DNA of 64,000 bases from an uncultured Chloroflexia bacterium (GTDB taxonomy: Bacteria > Chloroflexota > Limnocylindria > Limnocylindrales > CSP1-4). The notes under the pieces are model-generated. The model made no database searches. It was not told the DNA's origin and was given only the letters and a program-made list of their open reading frames with translations. Positions 20,125 through 29,490 of the stretch are shown piece after piece. Location: the NCBI GenBank assembly GCA_963739885.1, contig CAVUCC010000001.1:206516-270515 (forward strand), read 5' to 3'. Positions within the stretch are counted from its first letter, which is position 1, and the number at the start of each line of letters is the position of its first letter. Both the position numbers and the translations under genes were made by a program.

Positions 20125-20769
20125 ATGAACCGGCCGCCGTCGCCCGCTACTGGTTCCCGGCCGTCGGTCATCGCGCTGGTGGGGCGATCGCATCTCGCCG
20201 CATTCCTCCTGGTCGTCGCCGTGCCTGACCTCTCGAGCCGGCGGCGACATCTCGGCGCCGACCGCGACGCCGGCGCGCCGGCGGCGACCCCGACCCCGCT
20301 CTCGCCCATGGCCAACTCGCCGGTCGGGGATCCAGATGGCGGCCAATGCGGACTGCTCCGCCTGCCACGTCACCACCAACGGCACCGTGGGCACGAAGAA
20401 CATCCCGGTGATGGCCCACCCGCTGTGGGGCTGGCGAAACTGCACCGCCTGCCACACGACCGGCAGCCTCGTGTCCACGGCGCCTGGCCACTCCGGTCTC
20501 CACAAGGACGATTGCCTGGTGTGCCACAAGGCCCCGGACGCCGACTCGGCAGCGAGCAACCCGCCGCTCCGGCCCGAGCACATGGGCTACACCGAGCCAT
20601 GCACGTCGTGCCACGGCCAGGACCAGCACGCCCCGCTGCCCGATTCGATGAAGGGCCGGGGGACAACTGCTGGATCTGCCACAACGGCCCCGAGTTCACC
20701 TACCTGTTCAACGAGGACGGCTCGCCCAGCCCGGTGCCCCCGTCCCCAGCGGCGGCCGGCGCGGGCTGA
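20125..20769 (+). pseudogene. membrane-anchored pentahaem c-type cytochrome (NrfB/ActA-like), 2 frameshifts
   Basis: SD GGAGG plus ATG at 20125, then a TM helix (HLAAFLLVVAVP). CSACH, CTACH, CLVCH and CTSCH are in frame 2 (20336-20650). CWICH with the C-terminus is in frame 1, stop at 20769. Confidence 0.6.
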
Positions 20770-20789
20770 CGGCTGCGCGCACCGGCGCC

Positions 20790-21011
20790 GGCGCGTACCA
20801 GAAGGCGTACGGGCAGCTGCTGTCCAAGACGAGCACCGAGTGGGCGCCCTGGTACGTGATCCCGGCCGACCACAAGTGGTTCATGCGGGTCGCGGTGTCG
20901 GCCGCCATCCTGTCCGCTCTCATCGACCTCGATCCGCAGTTCCCCGAGCCCACCAGGGCCGAGCGCGAGGAGATGCTCATGACCAGGGACGAGCTGCTCG
21001 CCGAAGGCTGA
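20790..21011 (+). pseudogene. 3'-terminal fragment of a polyphosphate kinase 2 (PPK2) gene
   Basis: Frame-0 translation AYQKAYGQLLSKTSTEWAPWYVIPADHKWFMRVAVSAAILSALIDLDPQFPEP...AEG* matches the conserved PPK2 C-terminus. No N-terminal two-thirds is present. Confidence 0.6.
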
Positions 21012-21026
21012 GCCGGCGGAGGTGAG

Positions 21027-21593
21027 ATGGGCATAGGGGCAGACTCGAGAGGCGAAGCTCCCGTCGCGGCATGGGCGACCCTCGCCCTGGCGGTCGCGAT
21101 CCCGCTCGGCCTCGTGGCGCTCGCGTCGGCGCTGGGGTGGGTCAGCGACCAGGTGGTGGTCATCGGCCCCTTCGACCGCGCGTCCTTCGGCTGGGTCGTG
21201 GTCGTCTCGCTCTGGCTCTCGGCGCCCGTGGTCGCAGGGTTCGTCTGGCGACGGCTTCCACCGGCCACCAGCCTGGCCCCCGCCCTCGTCCTGTGGGTCA
21301 TCGTCGCCGGCGTGGCAACCATCCTGCTGTGGCTGGCCGTGGCGTTCCCCGATTGTCCAGGCGGTGCGAACCGCACGCCGATCGAATGGGTCACACCGTC
21401 GCTCGTTGTTGGCGTCCTGGTCGGCGCCGCCGTCGGCGTGAGCGGTCTCATCGCCGAGCGAATCGTGCGCGGCGGTCATCCATGGTGGGCCGTCATCATC
21501 GGCGCCGGCAACGCGGCGGTCATGCTCCTCGCGGCGCTCATGATCGCAGCCATGACGGTGCTCGCGGTGCCAGCGTGCCAACGGTCAGTCTGA
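21027..21593 (+). CDS. hypothetical integral membrane protein (about 5 TM)
   Basis: 188-aa ORF with multiple hydrophobic helices. No known motif. Confidence 0.45.
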   Translation: MGIGADSRGEAPVAAWATLALAVAIPLGLVALASALGWVSDQVVVIGPFDRASFGWVVVVSLWLSAPVVAGFVWRRLPPATSLAPALVLWVIVAGVATILLWLAVAFPDCPGGANRTPIEWVTPSLVVGVLVGAAVGVSGLIAERIVRGGHPWWAVIIGAGNAAVMLLAALMIAAMTVLAVPACQRSV

Positions 21594-21636
21594 AGCCAGC
21601 CCGATCGACCCCTTCGCGGCGCCGGCTCGCTGGGGC

Positions 21637-22086
21637 ATGATGGGGGCCGTCATGGACAGCACACCCGGCGCACCCCGGTACAGCCTCCTGCGCGACCTGA
21701 TCGCGCTGGTCGTGGTCGTGGTGGCGTGCCCGGCCGCCCTGTTCGGCGGCTCGATGCTGGGCTGCGTGGGTCAGGGATTCAATCCCGCCTGCGCCATGAA
21801 CGCGATCGTCATCTCGCCGATCCTGCTGCTCGCCTCCGGCCTCGTCGCCGGGCTGTTGTCGCGCGGCTGGACGGGGCTGCTGATCACCTTCGTGGCCACC
21901 GTGATCGGGATGATCACGATCCTGCTCCTGTCGTTCGGCGTGGGCGAGGCGGTCCCGGTGGACCCGATCTCCGGGGTGCTGGCGACGATCTGGTTCTACG
22001 CCCCGGTGGCGATCGGCTATGGAGCCGGGCGCCTGGTGTGGCGTCTGTTCGAAACGCGCGGGGCGGGCGGCCCGAACGGATCCTGA
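21637..22086 (+). CDS. hypothetical integral membrane protein (about 4 TM)
   Basis: 149-aa ORF with hydrophobic helices. Confidence 0.45.
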   Translation: MMGAVMDSTPGAPRYSLLRDLIALVVVVVACPAALFGGSMLGCVGQGFNPACAMNAIVISPILLLASGLVAGLLSRGWTGLLITFVATVIGMITILLLSFGVGEAVPVDPISGVLATIWFYAPVAIGYGAGRLVWRLFETRGAGGPNGS

Positions 22087-22143
22087 GCCGGAGCCGAGCG
22101 GGACGCGGGCGCAGCCGTCGGCTGGCGCTGGCTCGTCGTCAGG

Positions 22144-23358
22144 TCAGGCCACGCGCTCCTCCGGAGGCCGGAGCCGCCGGAACGAGCGGTACAGCAGCAG
22201 GTCGTAGACGATCTTGAGGCCGCCCGAGACGAGGAACGGCAGGCTGGCGAGCGCGACGGTCGCGAACATCGGGCCGGCCAGCAGCGGCGCCGTGGCGACC
22301 CCCAGCGACCGGGCGATGCCGGTCACCCCGGCCGCGGCCGATCGTTCGTCGGGCGCCACGATCGCCATCGTGTAGCTCTGGCGCGTGGGCACGTCCATCT
22401 GGCTGATCGAGAAGCGGGCGAGCAGGAACGCAACCGCGAGCGGCAGCGTCGGCATCAGCGGGACCAGCATCAGCAGCACGTTCGACGGCAGGTGGGTGAA
22501 CACCATCGTGCGCACCAGCCCGAAGCGGGCCGCGAGCCGGCCCGCCGGCGAGCGCCGAGAACCCGGCCAGCGAGGTTCGCGCCGGCCAGCACGAGCCCGA
22601 TGGTCGCCGGGTCCATGCCGAACCGCTGGTGGAACCAGAAGGCGATGAACGACTGGATGGCAAAGCCGCCGGCGAACGCGTCGAGCGCGAACAGCGCCGA
22701 GAGCCGGAGCACGACGCCCGCGCGACTGGTGCAGTCCGAGGCGGTCGCGGATCCGCGGCGTCGTGGACCGTGGCGGGCGGCCACCTCCACGCGCGCCGAC
22801 ACGCTCGAGAACAGCAGCGCGAGCAGGACAGCCGACCAACGCATAGCCGACGATCACGTATCGGTAGGCATCGGCTTCGCTCGCCCCGCCGGCGATCGCC
22901 GCCTGCGACAACGCGCCACCCGCGAGCGTGCCCACCGCGGTGGCCAGCGATCCCGCCAGCTGGTACCGGGCGAACAGGCTCGTTCGGCGGCGGTCCGGGA
23001 CCAGCTGCGAGAGCGAGGCCTGCTCGACCGCCAGGAACGGGCCGATCTCGTTGCCGCTGGGGCTGATGACGCCGAACGTCGCGGCCACCAGCAGGATCGC
23101 GAACACGGGCGTCGCGACGAACACCAGCCCGGCGACGAGCATCAGCCCCGCGCCCGCGAGCAGCACACGACGCCGGCCGACCCGATCGGCGTGGGTGGTC
23201 AGCCACAGCGAGACGCCCGCGTCACCCAGCAGCGTCAGCGCGAGCAGCAGCCCGATCTCGGCACCCGAGAGCCCGATCGCATCCAGGTACAGGACGAGCA
23301 CGACGGCCAGGAACCCGTAGCCGAACATGCGCAGGATCCGGGTCGCGAACAGCAGCAC
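22144..23358 (-). pseudogene. MFS transporter with two compensating frameshifts (near 22860 and 22560)
   Basis: N- and C-terminal halves are in one frame with a garbled middle. The true middle segment (LRLSALFALDAFAGGFAIQSFIAFWFHQRFGMDPATIGLVLAGANLAG) lies in ORF 22470-22844 in a different frame. Confidence 0.65.
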
Positions 23359-23476
23359 GATGTCGGCCCGGTCGGTGGTCCCCGGAGGGCCCGGCGATGC
23401 GGCGGTCGGCGATGCGGCGGTCGGCGATGCGGACGCGGTGTGCCGGACTCCGGTCGCCTCGATGGCCCCGACACGG

Positions 23477-24706
23477 TCAGGCGCGCCCGCGCGCGAGGTC
23501 GATCAGCCGGCCGAGCACGCGCTCCCCGTCGGCCCGCAGGCCGTTGTGCTGGTACTCGTTGGTGATCCAGGGCCGCAGCCCACGAACCGCGACAGCCGTC
23601 TCCTCCGCGAACGCCCGCTCGACGTACAGGTCGTCCACGTAGATCGTGGCCGCGACCGGGACCTCGTTGCGGGCCAGCTGATCCGCATCGTAGAGGTGCG
23701 GCCAGACGTGCTCCGCGATCAGATCCGCCGCCTCGCGATGGGGTCGGAGCAGCCCGTAATCCTCGAACATCCATGGGAACACGTGCTCCGCCGTGAACGC
23801 CTCGGTCGTGGCGATCTCGTCGGGCAGCAGCCGGTGAGCCGACCAGCGGGTCGCCACGCCGTCCGCATACGACGACTCGTGGAGCGTCGCGTACAGCGGG
23901 TTGCGGGTGAACCGGACGCCTCCCTCGACGTCGTGCAGGAAGGCGGGCGAGCCAAATGGCAGCTCGATGACGTGATGGAGCAGCTCGAACCCGGCGCTGT
24001 CACCCAGCCACAGGCCCAGCTGCCGGAAGCGGCGCACGGTGAGCCGGTCGCCCGACGGCAGGCGGACGTCCTCGTCCTCGAGCCGCCGGTGGATCTCCCG
24101 GACCCGGTTGCGGTCGTCGGGGTAGCGGTCGAAGTAGCGGCGGTTGGCCTCGATCAGGCGCCGGTACGTCGCGCCGTAGATGTCGTCCACCGGGCGGCCG
24201 ATGGGTGACAGCCCACCGGTGAGGAACGCCTCGCGCAGCCCCTCGGGCGCGATCGAGAGGTAGCTCAGGCTGGTGAAGCCACCAAAGCTCTGGCCGAGCA
24301 CGCTCCATCGCTCGACGCCCAGCTCGCGACGGATCGCCTCGGCGTCGCGCACGATCGAGTCGGCCCGGAGATGGGTGAGGTACTCGGCCTGGGCGGCGGA
24401 GTCGTCGCCCGGGATCGCCGGTCCGACCGGCGTCGAGCGGCCCGTGCCTCGCTGGTCGAGCAGGAGCACCCGGAAGTCGCGCAGGGCCCGCGCCATCCAG
24501 CCCGACGGCGGGCTGGTGGGTCGGGCGGCCTCGAAGCCCGGCCCTCCCTGGAGGAACACCAGGTACGGCCGGTCCGTGCCGTCGGGCGCGGCGACCTCGC
24601 GCGTGAACACCGTGATCGATGGCCCGTCCGGCCGGGCGTGGTCGAGCGGCAGCCGGTGCTCGCGCTCGGTGAGGATCGCCCCTGGAACCTGATACGTGAC
24701 GCTCAT
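23477..24706 (-). CDS. pip: prolyl aminopeptidase / proline iminopeptidase (S33 alpha/beta hydrolase)
   Basis: LVFLQGGPGFEA, LLLDQRGTGRS and the nucleophile elbow GQSFGG. Confidence 0.8.
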   Translation of the reverse strand: MSVTYQVPGAILTEREHRLPLDHARPDGPSITVFTREVAAPDGTDRPYLVFLQGGPGFEAARPTSPPSGWMARALRDFRVLLLDQRGTGRSTPVGPAIPGDDSAAQAEYLTHLRADSIVRDAEAIRRELGVERWSVLGQSFGGFTSLSYLSIAPEGLREAFLTGGLSPIGRPVDDIYGATYRRLIEANRRYFDRYPDDRNRVREIHRRLEDEDVRLPSGDRLTVRRFRQLGLWLGDSAGFELLHHVIELPFGSPAFLHDVEGGVRFTRNPLYATLHESSYADGVATRWSAHRLLPDEIATTEAFTAEHVFPWMFEDYGLLRPHREAADLIAEHVWPHLYDADQLARNEVPVAATIYVDDLYVERAFAEETAVAVRGLRPWITNEYQHNGLRADGERVLGRLIDLARGRA

Positions 24707-24798
24707 GTGTTGCACGATAGCGGCTCGCCGGCCGTCACTCACCGCATGTGCCGCCGGTGGCTGGTCCGGCCAGGACCGCCGCGGCCGGCGCGCCGCGC

Positions 24799-25782
24799 CT
24801 ACCAGCGCTGATGGACGAGCGGCTTGACACGAGCCTCGTACAGGGCGCGGATCCGGTCCATCGTCTCGGGCGGCAGCGGCGGCAGGTCGGCGGCGAGCGC
24901 GTTGGACCGGGCCTGCTCCGGTGTGCGGGCGCCGGGGATCGTGGTGCTGACCCCGTCATGGGCGAGGATCCAGCGCAACGCCATCTGGGCCATCGTCGCG
25001 CCCGCCGGGACGAGCGCCCTGAGCTCCTCGACCACCTCGAGGCCGGTCTGGTAGTCGACACCGGCGAACGTCTCTCCGGCATCGAACGACTCGCCGTGGC
25101 GGTTGAACGCGCGGTGGTCGTCCGCCTCGAACGCGGTGTCGCGGCGCAGCTTGCCCGTCAGCAGCCCCGAGGCCAGCGGCACCCGCACCAGGACGCCGAT
25201 GTCGTGCCGGGCCGCCTCCGCCAGGAACCGGTCTGCCGGGCGCTGGCGAAAGATGTTGAAGATGATCTGGACCGTGGCGACACCCGGGAGCTCGATCGCC
25301 TTGAGCGCCTCCTCCACCTTCTCCACGCTCACCCCGTAGGCCGCGATCGCCCCCGCCGCCACCAGCTCGTCGAGCGCCGCGAACACCTCGGGCTGGTAGT
25401 AGACCTGGGTCGGCAGACAGTGGAGCTGGATGAGGTCGAGGCGGTCGACGCCGAGGTTCTCGCGACTTCGATCGACCCAGCCGCGGAAGGCCTCGGGCGT
25501 GTAGCTCGCCATGTCCAGCGGAGCGTCGCGTCCCATCTTGGTGGCCACCAGGAACGCCTCACCCGGACGCTCCCGCAGGAACCGGCCGATCAGGCGCTCG
25601 CTGTGGCCGTCACCGTATACATCGGCGGTATCGAACAGGGTGACACCGGCATCCGCCGCCGCGTGCAGAGCGCGCAGGCTGGTGGCGTCATCGACGCTGC
25701 CCCACGACCCACCGATGGCCCACGCCCCGAATCCGATCACGCTGACGTCCCGCCCGGTCCTGCCGAGGCGCCGATGCTCCAT
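24799..25782 (-). CDS. aldo/keto reductase
   Basis: MEHRRLGRTGRDVSVIGFGAWAIGG...FDTADVYGDGHSERLIG is an AKR signature. Confidence 0.85.
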   Translation of the reverse strand: MEHRRLGRTGRDVSVIGFGAWAIGGSWGSVDDATSLRALHAAADAGVTLFDTADVYGDGHSERLIGRFLRERPGEAFLVATKMGRDAPLDMASYTPEAFRGWVDRSRENLGVDRLDLIQLHCLPTQVYYQPEVFAALDELVAAGAIAAYGVSVEKVEEALKAIELPGVATVQIIFNIFRQRPADRFLAEAARHDIGVLVRVPLASGLLTGKLRRDTAFEADDHRAFNRHGESFDAGETFAGVDYQTGLEVVEELRALVPAGATMAQMALRWILAHDGVSTTIPGARTPEQARSNALAADLPPLPPETMDRIRALYEARVKPLVHQRW

Positions 25783-25895
25783 CGCTTGGCACTCCCGTTG
25801 CCGCGGCTGCCGCCGTGTCGTCCGGACGGATCGCCGCCTACCGCCAGCCTATCCCGTGCGACGCACGTTCCGTGCCGCGGGCTGCCCTGGCACGA

Positions 25896-25925
25896 GAAGA
25901 CCCCGTCGGCTGGACGGGGCCTTCT
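25896..25925. terminator. GC-rich hairpin downstream of mmsA (minus strand)
   Basis: agaccccgtcggctggacggggcc, an inverted repeat ccccgtc/gacgggg. Confidence 0.35.
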
Positions 25926-25982
25926 CGCTTGCTGCCGGCCGTCAGCGTGGCCGGTTGGGCAGTCGGGCTGGGCTGACCTCGA

Positions 25983-27527
25983 TCAGCGGTTGCCGGGGAA
26001 CACCAGGCTCAGGGTCGCCCGCTTGCCGGGCTCGGGCCAGCGGATGGTGACCTCCTTCTGGCGAGTGAAGAAGCGAAGGCCGTCCTCGCCGCGCAACGGC
26101 AGGTCTCCGAGCGCGGACTCCTTCGCGCCGCCGAAGCTGAGATAGCCGGCCGGGACGGGGATCGGCACGTTGACGCCGACCATCGGGACCTCTGACTCGA
26201 GCTGGAACCGCCGCGCGGCGCCGCCGTCGGTGGTGAAGATCGCGGTCCCGTTGGCGTACTGGTGGGAGTTCACGAGGTTGATGGCCTCGTCGTACGTGTC
26301 CACGCGGACCACGCCCAGCACCGGACCGAAGATCTCCTGGTTGTAGATGTCCATGGTCGGCTGCACGTGATCGAACAGGGACACGCCGAGGAAGAACCCG
26401 TCGGGGTTGTCGGGATGGACGAACGGGCGACCGTCGACCACCAGCTCGGCACCCTCCTCGACCCCACGGTCGATCCACTTGATCACCGACTCGCGGTGCT
26501 CGCGGGTGTAGATCGGGCCCATGTCCACGCCGGGCTCCATCCCGTCGCCGACCTTCAGGTTTGCGATCCGCTCGAGGATCATCGGGCGCAGCTTGTCGGC
26601 CACACCGCCCACGGCCACCAGCAGAGTCTGGGCCATGCACCGCTCACCGGCCGAGCCGTAGCCGGCCGCCACGGCACTGTCGGCCGCGAGGTCGAGGTCG
26701 GTATCGGGCAGCACGACCATCATGTTCTTGGCGCTGGTGAATGCGCCGACGCGCTTGCCGCGCTTGGTGCCCTCCTCGTAGACGTACCGGCCGACCTTGG
26801 TCGAGCCGACGAACTGGATCGCCTTGACATCGGGGTGCTCGACGAGGGCGGCGACCGCCTCGCGGCCGCCGTACACGACGTTGAGGACACCCTCCGGCAA
26901 CCCCGCCTCCGCCCACAGCTCGGCCTGGAGCTGGGTTGCGCCCGGGGTGTGCGACGAGGGCTTGAGGATCATGGTGTTGCCGGCCGCGAGCGCGATCGGC
27001 AGGATCCACATCGGGACCATGACCGGAAAGTTGAACGGCGTGATGGCCGCGGTGACACCCAGCGGCTGGCGCAGCGTCACGGCGTCCACGTTGGTGGCGA
27101 CGTTGGGCGTGTTCATGCCCGCGAGGTGGACCGGCAGGCCGCACGCGTACTCGACCGTCTCGATACCGCGGGTCACGCCGGCCAGCGCATCGGGGAACGT
27201 CTTGCCGTGGTCGCGGGTCACCAGCTCCGCAAGCTCCTTGCGGTGCTTCCAGGCAAGCTCGCGGAAGGCGAAGAAGATCTGGCTGCGGGCGATGAGCGGC
27301 ATGTCACGCCAGGCGGGGAACGCGGCCTTGGCGCTGGCGACCGCACGGTCGACCTCGGGCTGGCCGCCGCGCGGGACGCGCGCGATGACCTCGCCGGTCG
27401 CCGGGTTGTAGACCGGCCCGGCGTGCTCGGGGAGAACCTCGACGGGACGATTGTCGATCCAATGGGACAGAACCGGAACGGGCGCGGTCTGGGTCGCCTG
27501 TTCCTTCGGGCGGGACTCTGTGGTCAC
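25983..27527 (-). CDS. mmsA: CoA-acylating methylmalonate-semialdehyde dehydrogenase
   Basis: 514-aa aldehyde dehydrogenase family protein with motifs FTSAKNMMVVLPD, GERCMA and YANGTAIFT characteristic of MmsA. Confidence 0.85.
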   Translation of the reverse strand: MTTESRPKEQATQTAPVPVLSHWIDNRPVEVLPEHAGPVYNPATGEVIARVPRGGQPEVDRAVASAKAAFPAWRDMPLIARSQIFFAFRELAWKHRKELAELVTRDHGKTFPDALAGVTRGIETVEYACGLPVHLAGMNTPNVATNVDAVTLRQPLGVTAAITPFNFPVMVPMWILPIALAAGNTMILKPSSHTPGATQLQAELWAEAGLPEGVLNVVYGGREAVAALVEHPDVKAIQFVGSTKVGRYVYEEGTKRGKRVGAFTSAKNMMVVLPDTDLDLAADSAVAAGYGSAGERCMAQTLLVAVGGVADKLRPMILERIANLKVGDGMEPGVDMGPIYTREHRESVIKWIDRGVEEGAELVVDGRPFVHPDNPDGFFLGVSLFDHVQPTMDIYNQEIFGPVLGVVRVDTYDEAINLVNSHQYANGTAIFTTDGGAARRFQLESEVPMVGVNVPIPVPAGYLSFGGAKESALGDLPLRGEDGLRFFTRQKEVTIRWPEPGKRATLSLVFPGNR

Positions 27528-27789
27528 CTGTTGCCTCCTGCTGCTGGCGGTGGTCAGGGCGCGGGGACGCGGCCGCGCACGGATCCGTGGGTGCTCGCGG
27601 CACGATCCATCGATGCTCGCCTGCCTCGGCCGGAGCCGGTAGGTCCGGAGGGCGTGCGCGGGACGTGCTGGACGGACTACCCGGGCCAGTCGTGACCACC
27701 GGCCCTACCCGATCGCCCGGCTCTCGCCGGAGCCTGAGGTCTTTCCAGCAGCGTCGGCGTTCGCCGCCGTCCAACGGAGGATCCGCCCA

Positions 27790-28917
27790 GTGGCCGACCT
27801 GTCCACCGTGTTCACGGGCATCCGGTTCGAGAACCCGTTCCTGCTCGCATCCGCGCCACCGACCGAGTCCGAGTCCAACATCATGCGGGCCTTCGAGGCC
27901 GGGTGGGGAGGGGTCGTCACCAAGACCATCGGCCTGCATCCCGTCGTCAACGTCGCCGGACCCAAGACCAAGTTCCTGCGCGCCGACGCTGGCGGCTCCC
28001 GGCTGTCGATGGCCAAGCGCCCCGACACGACCCTCATGGCGTCGTGGAACTGGGAGCTGATCTCCGACAAGCCGATGGACTGGTGGCTGCCGAAGCTGGC
28101 ATCGATCAAGCGCGTCTGGCCCAACCGCGTCCTCGTCGCCTCGATCATGGCCGGGTCGGGCACCGACAAGGAGCTCGACAACTGGCAGACGCTGGTCGAG
28201 GGCGTCCAGGACGCGGGCGTCGATGCGATCGAGCTCAACTTCTCGTGCCCGCACATGGACCGGATCGACATGGGCTCGAACGTAGGCAAGGACCCCGTCC
28301 TGTGCTCGGTGTCCACGCAGGCGGTCAAGGCCGTGGCAAGGGTCCCCGTATGGGTCAAGCTGACGCCGGCGACCGCGAACATCGTGGAGGAGGCCGAGGC
28401 CACGTTCCGCGGTGGTGCCGACGCCATCACCTCGTCCAACACCTTCCCGTCGCTGCCGCTGTTCGATCCGCTGACGCTCGAGCCCGAGGTCAACGTCGAC
28501 GGGATGGTCTCTGCCGGCGGGCTGGGCGGGCCGGCGATCCTGCTCCTATCACTGGCCAAGATGGCCGAGATGACGGAGGCGTTCCCGGATCGCGCCTTCT
28601 CGGGAATCGGCGGAGTCTCGACCTTCGAGCACGCGCTCAACTACTTCCTGCTGGGTTGCGGGACCGTACAGGTGGCCACGGCCGCAATGCTCGACCATGC
28701 CATCGGGCCGAACGTGATCCGCAGGCTGACCACGGGCCTGGAGGAGTTCCTCGACCGCAACGCCGATCGCGGTTGGACCTCGCTCGAGGACTTCCGCGGC
28801 ATCCGGCGCGGGCGCGTCGTCTCCCAGTCGTCGATCCGGCGCCCGGACGCGGCCGGCTACCACGGCGGCTACGAGGACGAGGCCGAGGGCTACGCGCCCG
28901 ATCCCGTCAAGGTCTGA
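27790..28917 (+). CDS. preA: dihydropyrimidine/dihydroorotate dehydrogenase-family flavoprotein (PreA-like catalytic domain, lacking the C-terminal 4Fe-4S domains)
   Basis: GTG start. FENPFLLASAPPT, NFSCPH and the DHODH-like TIM-barrel motifs (SSNTFPSLPLFD, GIGGVSTFEHALNYFLLG). No Cys-cluster tail. Confidence 0.75.
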   Translation: MADLSTVFTGIRFENPFLLASAPPTESESNIMRAFEAGWGGVVTKTIGLHPVVNVAGPKTKFLRADAGGSRLSMAKRPDTTLMASWNWELISDKPMDWWLPKLASIKRVWPNRVLVASIMAGSGTDKELDNWQTLVEGVQDAGVDAIELNFSCPHMDRIDMGSNVGKDPVLCSVSTQAVKAVARVPVWVKLTPATANIVEEAEATFRGGADAITSSNTFPSLPLFDPLTLEPEVNVDGMVSAGGLGGPAILLLSLAKMAEMTEAFPDRAFSGIGGVSTFEHALNYFLLGCGTVQVATAAMLDHAIGPNVIRRLTTGLEEFLDRNADRGWTSLEDFRGIRRGRVVSQSSIRRPDAAGYHGGYEDEAEGYAPDPVKV

Positions 28918-28948
28918 TCGCCGGGCCCCACGGGTCGGAGGAGAGCGA

Positions 28949-28977
28949 GCGGCCCCGGAGCAGGGCTCCGGGGCCGC
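28949..28977 (+). terminator. intrinsic terminator hairpin after preA, copy 1 of a repeated palindrome
   Basis: gcggccccggagc-agg-gctccggggccgc, a perfect 13-bp stem, followed by tgcgtttcgc. Confidence 0.6.
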
Positions 28978-29490
28978 TGCGTTTCGCTCGCCCGCCGTCC
29001 GGGCGGATCGCCCCGGTCTCCGCGCAGGCACACCGGCTGACCGGCAGCCGTCGTCGATCGGGCGGCGGCCGCCGGTGGTTCGAGCATCCGCTGACCTGGC
29101 ATCCGTCTCCGTCGCCAGATATGACGCCCGGGTTCAGTTCGCCGGCCGCTATGGCGCCCCGCGCGGAACGCACGAACGCGGGATCGCCGCGAACGCGGAG
29201 CCCGGACGCGGGCATTCCATCCCTGGCCCCGGCTCGCATCCGTGGAGCTATCCCGGCGAAGTCACGCGCCGTCGAGCAACGCGACGATCACCCGGAAACC
29301 TGGATGAAGCGAGCGAGCGCCAAGGGCTCGTGGCAGTCACGGAGACAGGGTGGCGCGGCCTCACGGGACGGTCCGTCGGCTGCGCGAGCGAAAGGGGCAC
29401 CGATCGCCCGCGCGACGAACGCCGTACGAGCTTTCGGTGTGGGTGGCCGGAGCCGCGCACCCCGATGGTCGAGAAGGCCCGGAGCTGTGC

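Noticed and set aside
29095-29125. tRNA-like GGTTCGAGC (T-loop-like) motif in the preA/giant-gene intergenic region
   Set aside because: No complementary T-stem, acceptor stem or anticodon arm can be built around it, so it is not a tRNA.
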